Source: Acidimicrobiia bacterium (GTDB lineage Bacteria > Actinomycetota > Acidimicrobiia > Spongiisociales > Spongiisociaceae). From it: 64,000 nt of DNA. The notes under the pieces were generated by a model. That model saw nothing but the letters and a program-made list of their open reading frames with translations, searched no databases and had not been told where the DNA came from. The translations under genes and the position numbers were made by a program. The stretch spans positions 64,001-128,000 of the forward strand of contig JBFGLM010000005.1 of NCBI GenBank assembly GCA_041576165.1. The letters run 5' to 3'. Positions within the stretch are counted from its first letter, which is position 1. The number at the start of each line of letters is the position of its first letter. Of this stretch, positions 48,153 to 57,677 are shown one piece after another.

Positions 48153-50684
48153 ATGACCGCAGAGGCGATTGCGTCTGAGCCGAAACGGCGGAGGTTGTCC
48201 GGGGTCGGACGCGTTTGGGTTCTCACTGCGGTAGCCGCCCTAGCGGCGGTCGGCCTGTCTGCACTGATCTGGCGGATGCATTCGTTCGCACCTCCGATCC
48301 GGATCCCCATGGTCGTCTTCGGGGTGCTGTTCTACGTCGCCGAGATCACCGTGGTGCACGTCCGGTTCCGACGAGACGCGCACTCGTTTTCAATGAGCGA
48401 GGTTCCGCTGGTTCTGTCACTCTTCTTCCTCGCTCCGGGCCAGATCATCACGGCCCAGTTTCTCGGAACCACTCTGGCATTGGCCGTCAACCGCCGTCAG
48501 AGATCGGTCAAGCTGGCGTTCAATGCGTCCCAACTGACGCTGCAGGCTGCCGTCTTCATCGGCATCTTCATGGCTATCACCACCGGTGCGGACCCGCTCG
48601 GCCCGATGGGTTGGCTGGGGGTGGCGGCAGGGATCGGGGCCACTGTTGTCGTGTCGAACACCATGATCGGTGCGGCGATCCGTATGTCGGGTGGGACGCT
48701 GTCGACGGACGATCGCAACACGATGTACCTCCTCAGCCTCGGCGCGGCGGTCCTCAACGCGGCATTGGCACTGATCGCCGCCACGATCCTGTGGGCCCGT
48801 CCGAGCAGCGCCTGGATTGCGCTCATCCCATTCGCCGTATTGTTCTTCGCGTACCGGGCCTATCTGGCGCAACGGCTCGATCGCGACCGGCTGCACGCGC
48901 TGTACGAAATCAGCGGTGAGCTTCACCGCCTCCCCCGCATTGACGACGCCCTGGCCGCGGCCGCCGATCGGGCGCGGTCCATGTTCGATGCCGAGAGCGC
49001 CGCAGTCTTGCTCTACCCGGAGGGTGAGCAGGGTCCGGGTTTGCGCACCGAAGCCCTGGTCGACGCCCCCACCACGGCGATGCAGCCGGTCGAGGACATG
49101 GATGCGGATGTTGCCGAGTTCGTCCAGCGAGGTGGTGGTCCATGGCTGGCAACCGACGAAAACGATCGAGGGATCGCAATGATCGTCCCGGTACCGGGAT
49201 CCGATTCAGGGTTCGGGGCGATGGCGGTGCGCAGCCCGTTGAGCGACATCGGCAGTTTCGGCCCTCGTGATCTTGCGCTGCTGGAAACTCTGGCCGACCA
49301 CGTTGGGGTCTCGCTCAAAAACGGTCGCCTGCAGGACTCGCTGGCCCGCCTCACCGAGCTCAAAGATGAGCTACACCAACGGGCATTGCACGACAGCTTG
49401 ACCGGCCTCGCCAACCGTACGTTGTTGTTTCAGGAATTGGAGCGAGTGCTGGGAGCGAGCAGCAATCGGGGCGCCGTGATGTTCATCGATCTCGATGATT
49501 TCAAGGCCATCAACGATACCCACGGACACGAAACCGGGGATCTCGTCCTGATCGAGGTGGCCGCCCGCCTCCGATCCTCCTGCCGCCCCCACGACCTCGT
49601 CGCCCGGCTCGGCGGGGACGAATTCGCGCTGCTGCTGGAAAACCTCACTTCCCATGACGACGCCATCCGGGTGGCCGAGCGCATCATCCGGTTGGTGGGC
49701 GAGCCGATCGTCACCCAGGGGGGCGCAGTCGAGACGCAGGTCAGCGTCGGGGTGGCGATGACCGATGGCACCGGCGAACCGGACGAGGTGCTGCGCCGTG
49801 CCGACGAAGCCATGTATGCCGCCAAGTTCGACGGTAAAGGCTGCTACCGGCTCCACAGTCCCGGCATGAGCAGCAAACACGCGGCGGAACTGGCCACCGT
49901 GACCAGCCTGCGCCACGCGATCGACTCGGACGAGCTCGAGCTGTACTACCAGCCGCTGGTCGACTTGAAGACGCGGCAGGTCCACGGCGTGGAGGCCCTC
50001 GTGCGCTGGAACCATCCGACCGAAGGACTGTTGCTACCGGCCGCCTTCGTGCCGGTGGCCGAACGTCGCGGGCTGACCGCCGCCATGGGTGAGTGGGTGC
50101 TGAAGGCGGCCATTGGCCAGATCGCAAGCTGGCAGGCCGAGCACGATACCGTGCCGCTCGTTTCGATCAATCTCTCGGCCGCCGAGATCTCCGAAGGATT
50201 GATACCGATGGTCGATGCTCTGACCCGGGCGAAGGGGGTTGAGCCGTCCAACCTCCAGATCGAGATCACCGAAGGTGTCATGATGTCGAGTGACAGTGCG
50301 TTCCTGGAGCGGCTCCGCGCCCTCGGCGTCCAGGTCGCTCTCGACGATTTCGGAACCGGGTATTCCTCGCTGGCGTACCTCGACAGGTTGCCGGTCGACA
50401 CCATCAAGTTCGATCAATCGTTCATCGCCCGCCTCGACGACGAACGAACGGCCCGGATCCTTCAGCTGATGACCGACTTCGGTGTGGCCATGGGCTACCG
50501 CACCGTGGCCGAGGGGATCGAAACGACCGAACAGCTGGCGGCGCTCACCAAGTTCGGCTGTCAAATGGGCCAGGGCTACCTGTTGGGCCGGCCGATGCCG
50601 GTGGCGGAAGTGGAGCGGCTGATCTTCGGACCGGAGGAACGGCTGGCCGACGTCGTCGTGCTGCGCCCGGCCTCCAACGGCTGA
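48153..50684 (+). CDS. Multi-TM sensor + GAF + GGDEF + EAL c-di-GMP enzyme
   Basis: About 7 TM segments; HDSLTGLANR, RPHD I-site, GGDEF, EAL, DDFGTGYSSL, AEGIET; 9 nt after the S8 gene. Confidence 0.9.
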   Translation: MTAEAIASEPKRRRLSGVGRVWVLTAVAALAAVGLSALIWRMHSFAPPIRIPMVVFGVLFYVAEITVVHVRFRRDAHSFSMSEVPLVLSLFFLAPGQIITAQFLGTTLALAVNRRQRSVKLAFNASQLTLQAAVFIGIFMAITTGADPLGPMGWLGVAAGIGATVVVSNTMIGAAIRMSGGTLSTDDRNTMYLLSLGAAVLNAALALIAATILWARPSSAWIALIPFAVLFFAYRAYLAQRLDRDRLHALYEISGELHRLPRIDDALAAAADRARSMFDAESAAVLLYPEGEQGPGLRTEALVDAPTTAMQPVEDMDADVAEFVQRGGGPWLATDENDRGIAMIVPVPGSDSGFGAMAVRSPLSDIGSFGPRDLALLETLADHVGVSLKNGRLQDSLARLTELKDELHQRALHDSLTGLANRTLLFQELERVLGASSNRGAVMFIDLDDFKAINDTHGHETGDLVLIEVAARLRSSCRPHDLVARLGGDEFALLLENLTSHDDAIRVAERIIRLVGEPIVTQGGAVETQVSVGVAMTDGTGEPDEVLRRADEAMYAAKFDGKGCYRLHSPGMSSKHAAELATVTSLRHAIDSDELELYYQPLVDLKTRQVHGVEALVRWNHPTEGLLLPAAFVPVAERRGLTAAMGEWVLKAAIGQIASWQAEHDTVPLVSINLSAAEISEGLIPMVDALTRAKGVEPSNLQIEITEGVMMSSDSAFLERLRALGVQVALDDFGTGYSSLAYLDRLPVDTIKFDQSFIARLDDERTARILQLMTDFGVAMGYRTVAEGIETTEQLAALTKFGCQMGQGYLLGRPMPVAEVERLIFGPEERLADVVVLRPASNG

Positions 50685-50700
50685 TGGTCGGGCGAACGTC

Positions 50701-51435
50701 CTAAGGCGATTCCGGGCGCACCGCGGCAGACGTGAGTGATGCGGCCGCGGCTTCGTCCACATACCAGCTCACCTCACCTGACCCGTCCATGATCCGGGCC
50801 GCCGGCAAGGGTTCACGACGAGGGCCCGGCTCCAGCACCCGGGCCAGCGCTTCTGACTTGGCGGCGCCCGCAACCAGGAAGATGATGTGGCGCGCTCGGT
50901 GCGCGAGAGGATACGTAGCGGTCAAGCGCCACGACTCTTTTGACTCGACCCAGGTCTCGACGAACCACCGGTTGGTCACGTCCAGCGCGCTAGAACCCGG
51001 AAACAGGGACAGTGTGTGTCCGTCGTCGCCCATCCCGAGCAGCATGATGTCGGGACGGGGGCCGTCGGCGTCGTGGTCGAGAAGGTCTACCAACGTCGCC
51101 TCATAGGCAGCGGCCGTCTCGGTGGGCGACCAGTCGTCACGCCAGGGAACCGGGGCAAATGTCGCCTCCACCCTGTCCATGAGGCTGGCCCGAATCATGG
51201 TGCCGTTGTTGTCCGGGTGATCGGGCGGAACAAAACGCTCATCGCCCACCCACCCGTGCACCCGCGACCACGGCACGTCTTCATGCCGGAGAGCGGCGTA
51301 GGTCCCGGCCGGGGTGCCACCTCCGGCTAGGGCAAGCGTGACCGGTCCATCGTCCGAGTCGCGAATCAACTGTGCGATGGCGCCGGCCGCGGCGTGCGCC
51401 ATCGCCTCAGGGTCGGGGAAGACGTGAACATGCAT
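50701..51435 (-). CDS. pgl: 6-phosphogluconolactonase
   Basis: LAGGGTP, GDERFVPPDHPDNN, LLGMGDDGHTLSLFPG, RLTAT, LPAA. Confidence 0.92.
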   Translation of the reverse strand: MHVHVFPDPEAMAHAAAGAIAQLIRDSDDGPVTLALAGGGTPAGTYAALRHEDVPWSRVHGWVGDERFVPPDHPDNNGTMIRASLMDRVEATFAPVPWRDDWSPTETAAAYEATLVDLLDHDADGPRPDIMLLGMGDDGHTLSLFPGSSALDVTNRWFVETWVESKESWRLTATYPLAHRARHIIFLVAGAAKSEALARVLEPGPRREPLPAARIMDGSGEVSWYVDEAAAASLTSAAVRPESP

Positions 51436-51522
51436 GCGGTGAGCCTACCCAGCCGCACGAGGTCCCAGCAGGACGCCCGGCGTGCTCAATAAGATGCGGC
51501 GAGTGGCGACGCTCGGATTCTC

Positions 51523-52191
51523 ATGAGCCGGACCGTTCGGATCAGATGGCACGATGGCGCCGTCACCGGGCGGTGGCGGAGGCCGCGTTCGGCGCGCGGT
51601 CCGGCCGTCTTGCTGGCTCACGGCGCTGGGACCGACCAGGACCACGCCTCGATCGTTGCGCTCCGTGAGGGGATCGCCGCCGCCGGCCATCCGGTGCTGA
51701 CCTTCAACTACCCCTACACCGAAGCCGGCCGGGGCCGCCCCGACCGCCAGCCGCTGCTGCTCGACTGCCATCGGGCAGCCGCTCGGTGGCTGCGGTCGCA
51801 CTACCCGGGCCCAGTGGTCTTGGCCGGAAGGTCGATGGGCGGGCGAATGGCAAGTTATCTGGCCGCCGAGGGAGCCCCCATGGCGGGCCTGGTGCTCTAC
51901 GCCTATCCCCTGCACCCGCCGGGCAAGCCGGAGCGGCTCCGCCGCGACCACCTCGCCGCGATCCGGGTTCCAATGCTGTTCTTTGCCGGCACTCGGGACG
52001 CGCTTTCCCGAGGAGACCTCTTCGACCGATGGGTGCGGCCGCTTCCGACCGCCACGGTGATCCTGATCGAAGAGGGTGATCACTCGTTCCGGGTTCCGAA
52101 GCGAACGGGCCGCACCCCGCAGGACGTCACCGACTCGATCATCTCCGATACCGTGGCCTGGATCCGTCAGCTCGACCCGGACGAAGGCTGA
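51523..52191 (+). CDS. Alpha/beta hydrolase (KANL3/Tex30-like)
   Basis: LAHGAG, FNYPY, GRSMGGR, YPLHPPGKP, GTRD, GDHSF. Confidence 0.88.
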   Translation: MSRTVRIRWHDGAVTGRWRRPRSARGPAVLLAHGAGTDQDHASIVALREGIAAAGHPVLTFNYPYTEAGRGRPDRQPLLLDCHRAAARWLRSHYPGPVVLAGRSMGGRMASYLAAEGAPMAGLVLYAYPLHPPGKPERLRRDHLAAIRVPMLFFAGTRDALSRGDLFDRWVRPLPTATVILIEEGDHSFRVPKRTGRTPQDVTDSIISDTVAWIRQLDPDEG

Positions 52192-52209
52192 GCGGGGCAT
52201 TCAGGCTGT

Positions 52210-52226
52210 GTTCCACGATGTGGTAC
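52210..52226. promoter_or_regulatory. Putative IclR operator
   Basis: GTTCCAC-GAT-GTGGTAC palindrome (6/7) about 55 nt upstream of the IclR gene. Confidence 0.5.
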
Positions 52227-52279
52227 GGTTTCGCCATGCGGTGTTGGGCCCGCCTGCTGCGTGACTGGCGAGGATCACG

Positions 52280-53035
52280 ATGAAGACCGTCCAATCCATC
52301 GAGCGAGCATTCGCCATTCTCGATGCAGTCGCGGCTCGGGAACTGGGTCTGAGCGAGATCGCCGACGAGGTCGACCTCCCCAAGAGCACCGTGTCACGGA
52401 TTCTGCGCACCCTCGAACAGGTCGGGGTAGTAACCCGGGATGCGTCCCAGGGTGCCTACCAGATCGGACCCAAAGTCAGGACTTTGGGCCGGGGCTCCGG
52501 CAGCCCCGCAGATATTGCAATCACGGCTCGGCCCTACCTGGCGATGCTGGCGCGGGAACTGGGCGAGGATGCCGGTCTCAGTATCGCCGACCGGCGCGAC
52601 GTGAGGATCATCGCGCAAGAGAACGCTGAGAACGCTGTGCTGGTCGCCGACTGGACCGGTGCGATCATTCCGATGCATGTGGTGCCGGCCGGGTTGGTGA
52701 TCCTGGCGAACTGGCCGGCGGCGCGAGTCGACCAGGTCCTGGCCGGCCCGCTCGAGGCGGCCACCGCCAAGAGCGTGACCGATCCGGGCAAGATCAGGCA
52801 GCGGCTGGAGAAGATCCGCCGCGACGGCTATTGCTGGGTGTTCGGGGAATTCTCGGAGGACCTCAACTCGGTGGCAGCCCCCGTGTTCGCGACGGAGGGC
52901 GTCATAGCGGCCGTCACCGTGCACGGTCCCGCCTACCGGTTCCCGCAGCGGGGAACCGATGATACCGTCGCGCAGCGGGTGGTGGAGGTGGCCGGCCTGC
53001 TGTCCGAGCGGTTCCGGGACCTCGTCGCGTCCTAG
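52280..53035 (+). CDS. IclR family transcriptional regulator
   Basis: VQSIERAFAIL, LPKSTVSRIL, IRRDGY, SVAAPVF. Confidence 0.92.
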   Translation: MKTVQSIERAFAILDAVAARELGLSEIADEVDLPKSTVSRILRTLEQVGVVTRDASQGAYQIGPKVRTLGRGSGSPADIAITARPYLAMLARELGEDAGLSIADRRDVRIIAQENAENAVLVADWTGAIIPMHVVPAGLVILANWPAARVDQVLAGPLEAATAKSVTDPGKIRQRLEKIRRDGYCWVFGEFSEDLNSVAAPVFATEGVIAAVTVHGPAYRFPQRGTDDTVAQRVVEVAGLLSERFRDLVAS

Positions 53036-53586
53036 CTGAACGGCCGGGGTGGACGGCCCAGGATCTCGCGGACCAGCGGTTCGAACGTGCTCAGCGGCTC
53101 AGTTGGGTACTCGGGGTCGAAGGACACTTGGTCGTATTCCTCGCAAAAACGCACGGTGTCCTCGTACCACTCGTGGTCCCGGTACCGTTCGCGCTGGTTC
53201 CGGTCTCCGCCGCCGTGGTGAAGGTAGTAGTAGCCCTGGAATACGCCATGGTGCTTGATGATCCAGTGGATCCGATCGGACACGTAGGGACGCAGCATGG
53301 CCGCCGCTACTTCGGAGTGGTTGGCGGGAGACAGCACATCACCAACGTCGTGCAGCAAGGCGGCCACGATCATCTCGGTGTCCTCCCCGGCCCGCATGGC
53401 ACGGGTGGCGGCCTGGAGCGAATGCCCCAGCCGGCTGATCTGATACCCGGTGTGATCGTCCATATCCCGGAGCCAGCCGAGGACGCGATCGGGGAACCGT
53501 GCGAGTTCGGCTGCCTCGAACTCACCAAGCAGTTCGTAGTCCTCCTTGGTTCCCTCATCCATTCGGGTGAAGCTCACGGATTTCAT
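53032..53586 (-). CDS. HD domain protein (PhnZ/TmpB-like di-iron HD fold)
   Basis: RLGHSLQAAT, AALLHDVGD, NHSEVAA, KHHGVFQ, EYDQVSFDP. Confidence 0.78.
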   Translation of the reverse strand: MKSVSFTRMDEGTKEDYELLGEFEAAELARFPDRVLGWLRDMDDHTGYQISRLGHSLQAATRAMRAGEDTEMIVAALLHDVGDVLSPANHSEVAAAMLRPYVSDRIHWIIKHHGVFQGYYYLHHGGGDRNQRERYRDHEWYEDTVRFCEEYDQVSFDPEYPTEPLSTFEPLVREILGRPPRPFS

Positions 53587-54905
53587 TGTTCGCTCCCGGG
53601 GCTGGCCTCTTCGCTGCCCATTCTGCCCGCCGGCTGCCGATCGCGGCGCTCCGATCGCCCGTTTCGCGCCAGCTGAAAGATCACGCCACCGGCCCGAGCG
53701 GGCACTGATGTGAAGCGGCGCTGGCGGTCGATGGGCAGTCCCTCACGGATGATTATCCGGACGAGAGCCGCCACGCCAATCGCCGCATGAACGGCGGCAA
53801 GGGTCAAGAAGAACCCCTCCGGTCCGAACGCGTCCAGGGTGGTCGCCGCCAGCGGCGGTCCGATGATCGCTCCGATCCCGGTGACGAAGACGTACAGCGA
53901 GCTCACTGCGACGGTGCTCCCGGCCGGAACCTGGTCGTTGATGTGGCTCAGGCCCAGGGAGTAGAGGGGGAAACTGAGCCCTCCCAGCAAGAACACGGCT
54001 GCGATCATGACGATCGACAGAGGGTCGACTGTCACGGCCCACATTGCCACCAGCGCTGCGCCCATTGTGACGAGGAACACCGCCCAGCGCCGGCGAATCC
54101 GATCGGACATGGACCCGATCGGGATCTGGGTCACCAGCGGCCCTGCCACCGCGGCCGCCAGGAACAGACCCACCCGGCTCGAGCTCATGCCCACCCGGGT
54201 GGCGTAGACCGCGCCGAGGCCCCACAGCGCGCCGTTGGCAATCCCCACGCCGAGGCCGGTCATGATCCCGAGAGGTGCCAGCCGCCAAATCTCGCGCACC
54301 GCCAGCTTGGTCGCGTATTTGAACTCGGGAGCGGGCCCGACCGACAGCGTCACGGGTATGACCGAGGCGGACACCAGCACGGAAGACGCCACGAAGAGCG
54401 TGACCTTGGTGGGATCGCCCAACGCCAGCAGACCCTGCCCGGCGGCGATGCCCCCCATGATCACGACCATGTACACGGACAGCAGCAATCCTCGGTTGCG
54501 GTTGGTGGCCGAGTCGTTGATCCAGCTCTCCGCCGTGATGTACAGGCCGGCGTAGGCGAAGCCCGTGATCAGGCGCATCGCCCCCCAGGTGAACGGCGAG
54601 AGATCGATGGCGTGGATCAGCGGCGCAACGGACGCCAGCGATGCCAGCGCGGCGAAGACCCGGATGTGGCCCACGCTGCCGACGAAATGGGGAACGAGCC
54701 GGGCCCCGCCCAGAAAGCCGACGTAGTAGGAGGCCATGACTACGCCGGTGGTCTGTGTGGTGAAACCCTCGAGCTCTGCCCGCAAGCCGATCAGGGTCAC
54801 CAACAACCCATTGCTCAGCATCATCAGCAGCAGCCCGGCGAACAACCCCCACGAACGCAATGCGATTCGTGCGGTGTAGCGAGACCGGGTAGAGGTTACT
54901 GACAT
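53583..54905 (-). CDS. MFS transporter (YcaD-like)
   Basis: SVGHIRVFA, AESWIN...NRG, QIPIGSMSDRIRRR, FPLYSL; about 12 TM helices. Confidence 0.88.
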   Translation of the reverse strand: MSVTSTRSRYTARIALRSWGLFAGLLLMMLSNGLLVTLIGLRAELEGFTTQTTGVVMASYYVGFLGGARLVPHFVGSVGHIRVFAALASLASVAPLIHAIDLSPFTWGAMRLITGFAYAGLYITAESWINDSATNRNRGLLLSVYMVVIMGGIAAGQGLLALGDPTKVTLFVASSVLVSASVIPVTLSVGPAPEFKYATKLAVREIWRLAPLGIMTGLGVGIANGALWGLGAVYATRVGMSSSRVGLFLAAAVAGPLVTQIPIGSMSDRIRRRWAVFLVTMGAALVAMWAVTVDPLSIVMIAAVFLLGGLSFPLYSLGLSHINDQVPAGSTVAVSSLYVFVTGIGAIIGPPLAATTLDAFGPEGFFLTLAAVHAAIGVAALVRIIIREGLPIDRQRRFTSVPARAGGVIFQLARNGRSERRDRQPAGRMGSEEASPGSEQ

Positions 54906-55087
54906 GGTTGATCCGAGGTATCCCGTGGCGTGGGGTGCGGTTTGGGCTGTGAATGAGAAGCCGGCCCGGGCGGTGGACGGTTTCGGCGACGGGACACTAC
55001 TCCTGTTCACGCGATAACAACAGAACATATTTGCGCGAATTCCCCGGCCGGACGCGGTCCCCGTCCGGTGGCTACGCTCCCGGGCAG

Positions 55088-57295
55088 ATGCAGTCGGGTC
55101 TGGTGCGAGGTTCCTTCGTATTTGGAGGGGAAGCCGTTCCGTTCGCGGAGCGCGATTCGGTGCTGACGGCCCTCGCCCGGAGTGGTATCCATCCCACCGG
55201 CGGCGGCTGTTTGTGCTTTGGAGGCGATTGCCCGCACTGTCTGGTGCAGATCGACGGAGTTGCCTACGTCCGGGCGTGCCAGACCCAGGCCCTCCCGGGG
55301 CTCGTCGTCGACCCGCATCCGCCCGACGGTGATCCACCGCTACCGGCCGGCGGCCCCGCGAAGGCCGATGTTGCAGTTCGGCATGTGCACGTGGATGTGG
55401 CCGTGGTGGGTGGAGGCGAGTCGGGTAGCGCCGCTGCCGACGCCGTCCGGGCTGACGGCCGCCATGCGGTCGTGCTTGACGCTCAGGACGGTATCGAGGT
55501 GGTCGGGATCTATGCCGGCCCGCTCGTGATTGCCCGATCCGACGATGAGATGGTTCAGGTCCATTGTGATGAGGTAGTGGTTGCCACCGGCGCGGCTGAG
55601 ATACAGCCGGTGTGTCCGGGCAGCGACCTAACAGGCATCCTCACTGCGCGGGCGGCCCAACACCTGCGTATTGCCGGCGTTGACCTCGGGGAGGTCGTTG
55701 CGGTCGGTCCAGGCGCCACGAGCGATCCGGCCTGGATCGAGGGCGACCTGGTGCGCTTCGAAGGCGAACGCGCGGTTGACGCTGTCGTTCTTCGTGGCGG
55801 GGACGGGGCGGAACACCGCTACCCGTGTGAGACGGTCGTGGTCGGGCTCGGCCGAGCGCCCCGGGACACCCTGGCCCGGATGGGACGCGGACTGGCTGTT
55901 CGGGTCGTCGGCGAGGCGGCCGCGGCCGCCGAGCTGCCCGTCTGTCCCGACACCGGTACAGCCTGTCCTTGTGCCGGGGTGACGTTCGAGCAACTCGACG
56001 ACGTGTGGCAGCGCGGATTTCGAGAGATGGAGCTTCTCAAGCGGGCGACCCTGGCCGGCACCGGCACCTGCCAGGGCGGCGTATGCCTCCCATACCTCCG
56101 CGCCTTCCTGCTGGACCGGGGCGGCGAGCTGCAGCCCGCCTTCACCGCAAGGCCGGTGAGCCGTCAGATGACCATCGGTGAGGCGGCCGCCGGACACCAC
56201 CTCCACGCCTTTCCGCGCACCGGGCTCGATGCCGAACACCGGCGGCTGGGAGCCCGCATGGATCGGATCGGCGGCTGGTGGCGGCCGTGGACCTACGGCG
56301 ATGCCGAGGGGGAGTACCGGGCGGTACGCACCGCAGTGTCCATCGGAGATGTGAGCACGTTGGGCAAGATGATCCTTGCCGGGCCCGACGCCGAGACGGC
56401 GCTGCAGAAGCTCTATCCGACGGACGTTTCAACGATCAAGCCGGGACGGATGCGCTACGTCCTGCTCCTGAACGAGCGCGGCTATGTGCTCGACGATGGG
56501 ATGGTATGCCGGGAAGCCGACGGCGAGCGTTTCTACCTCACCTTTACCTCGGGTGGAGCCAGCTTCGCAGAGATGTGGGTGCGCGACTGGACCTCGACCT
56601 GCGACGTCCGGTGGATGAACGTCACCACCTCGCTAGGAGCCATAAACGTGACCGGGCCCCGGGCCCGGGAGCTACTGGCCCGGGCCGGTTTTGCCGACGA
56701 TCTCCCGTATCTGGGTCACACCCAGGCCGACGTGGCGGAAGTGCCGTGCAAGATCTTGCGGCTCAGTTTCACGGGCGAACTCTCGTACGAGCTCCACCAT
56801 CCCTACGGCGCCTCGGTGGAGTTGTGGCGCCGGCTGCTGGACCTCGGTGCCGGCCTCGGGATGCGGCCCCACGCCATCGAGGCCCTGCTGCAGGTGCGGT
56901 TGGAGAAGGGTCACATCCTGGTGGGACAGGACACCGACTATGACTCGACCCCGCGCCGAATCCAGCACGAGTGGGCGGTGCGCCTCGACAAGGGCGATTT
57001 CATCGGCCGACACGCCATCATCCGGACCGATCGGATCCCGCTCGACCGGATGCTGGTCGGGCTCGAGGTCGACGGGCCGGCTCCGTTCGAAGGTGCAGTG
57101 ATCTGGCACGGCGAGGAGTACGCCGGCTATGTCACGTCCGCCACCTGGTCGCCGGTGCTCGGGAAGTCGGTGATGCTGGCCTGGCTCTACGCCTTCGACG
57201 GTGAGTTTCCCGAGACCGTTACCGTGGAGGGTCGCTCGGCCCGGCGGTCTTCGGTGCCGTTCTACGATCCGGAGGGGGCCCGTGCACGAGCGTGA
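55088..57295 (+). CDS. Sarcosine-oxidase alpha-like subunit (2Fe-2S-like N-terminus, Rossmann fold, GcvT/THF-binding C-terminus)
   Basis: CLCFGGDCPHCLVQIDG..VRAC, VVGGGESG, ELLKR...GTGTCQG, DVSTLGK, DDG, SFTGELSYE, RLEKGH. Confidence 0.8.
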   Translation: MQSGLVRGSFVFGGEAVPFAERDSVLTALARSGIHPTGGGCLCFGGDCPHCLVQIDGVAYVRACQTQALPGLVVDPHPPDGDPPLPAGGPAKADVAVRHVHVDVAVVGGGESGSAAADAVRADGRHAVVLDAQDGIEVVGIYAGPLVIARSDDEMVQVHCDEVVVATGAAEIQPVCPGSDLTGILTARAAQHLRIAGVDLGEVVAVGPGATSDPAWIEGDLVRFEGERAVDAVVLRGGDGAEHRYPCETVVVGLGRAPRDTLARMGRGLAVRVVGEAAAAAELPVCPDTGTACPCAGVTFEQLDDVWQRGFREMELLKRATLAGTGTCQGGVCLPYLRAFLLDRGGELQPAFTARPVSRQMTIGEAAAGHHLHAFPRTGLDAEHRRLGARMDRIGGWWRPWTYGDAEGEYRAVRTAVSIGDVSTLGKMILAGPDAETALQKLYPTDVSTIKPGRMRYVLLLNERGYVLDDGMVCREADGERFYLTFTSGGASFAEMWVRDWTSTCDVRWMNVTTSLGAINVTGPRARELLARAGFADDLPYLGHTQADVAEVPCKILRLSFTGELSYELHHPYGASVELWRRLLDLGAGLGMRPHAIEALLQVRLEKGHILVGQDTDYDSTPRRIQHEWAVRLDKGDFIGRHAIIRTDRIPLDRMLVGLEVDGPAPFEGAVIWHGEEYAGYVTSATWSPVLGKSVMLAWLYAFDGEFPETVTVEGRSARRSSVPFYDPEGARARA

Positions 57296-57677
57296 GGTTC
57301 TGGCCGTGACCCGCATAGTCGCAGAGCGCACCGCCATCGACGTGGGAACGTGGCCCCCGCAGTCACTGGTGTTGCGCACGGCCCCCGACGAGGTGCTGAT
57401 GATCGGCTCCGGGTCGCCACGGGTTCCCGATCCGGCGGCGATTGTCCACGTCGACACGAGCTGGGTCGGATATCGGGTGGCGGCGCCCAACGCCGCAATC
57501 TGCATCGAGCAGTTGGCGGATTGGCCGCTACCGTCCGAGGGCTTTGCGCAGGGCATGGTGGGCGGGATCGCCGCCAAAGTCTGGGTGGGTCGCACCGAGG
57601 TGTTGTTCGTCGTGCCGGCCGCAGTCGCCGCAGATTTCGAGGACCGCCTCGACGCCGTGTGGGGGCGGTCGCTGTGA
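57282..57677 (+). CDS. Short sarcosine-oxidase gamma-like subunit
   Basis: LRTAPDEVLMI, VDTSWVGY, FAQGMVGG, DFEDRL; overlaps both neighbours. Confidence 0.55.
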   Translation: MHEREVLAVTRIVAERTAIDVGTWPPQSLVLRTAPDEVLMIGSGSPRVPDPAAIVHVDTSWVGYRVAAPNAAICIEQLADWPLPSEGFAQGMVGGIAAKVWVGRTEVLFVVPAAVAADFEDRLDAVWGRSL

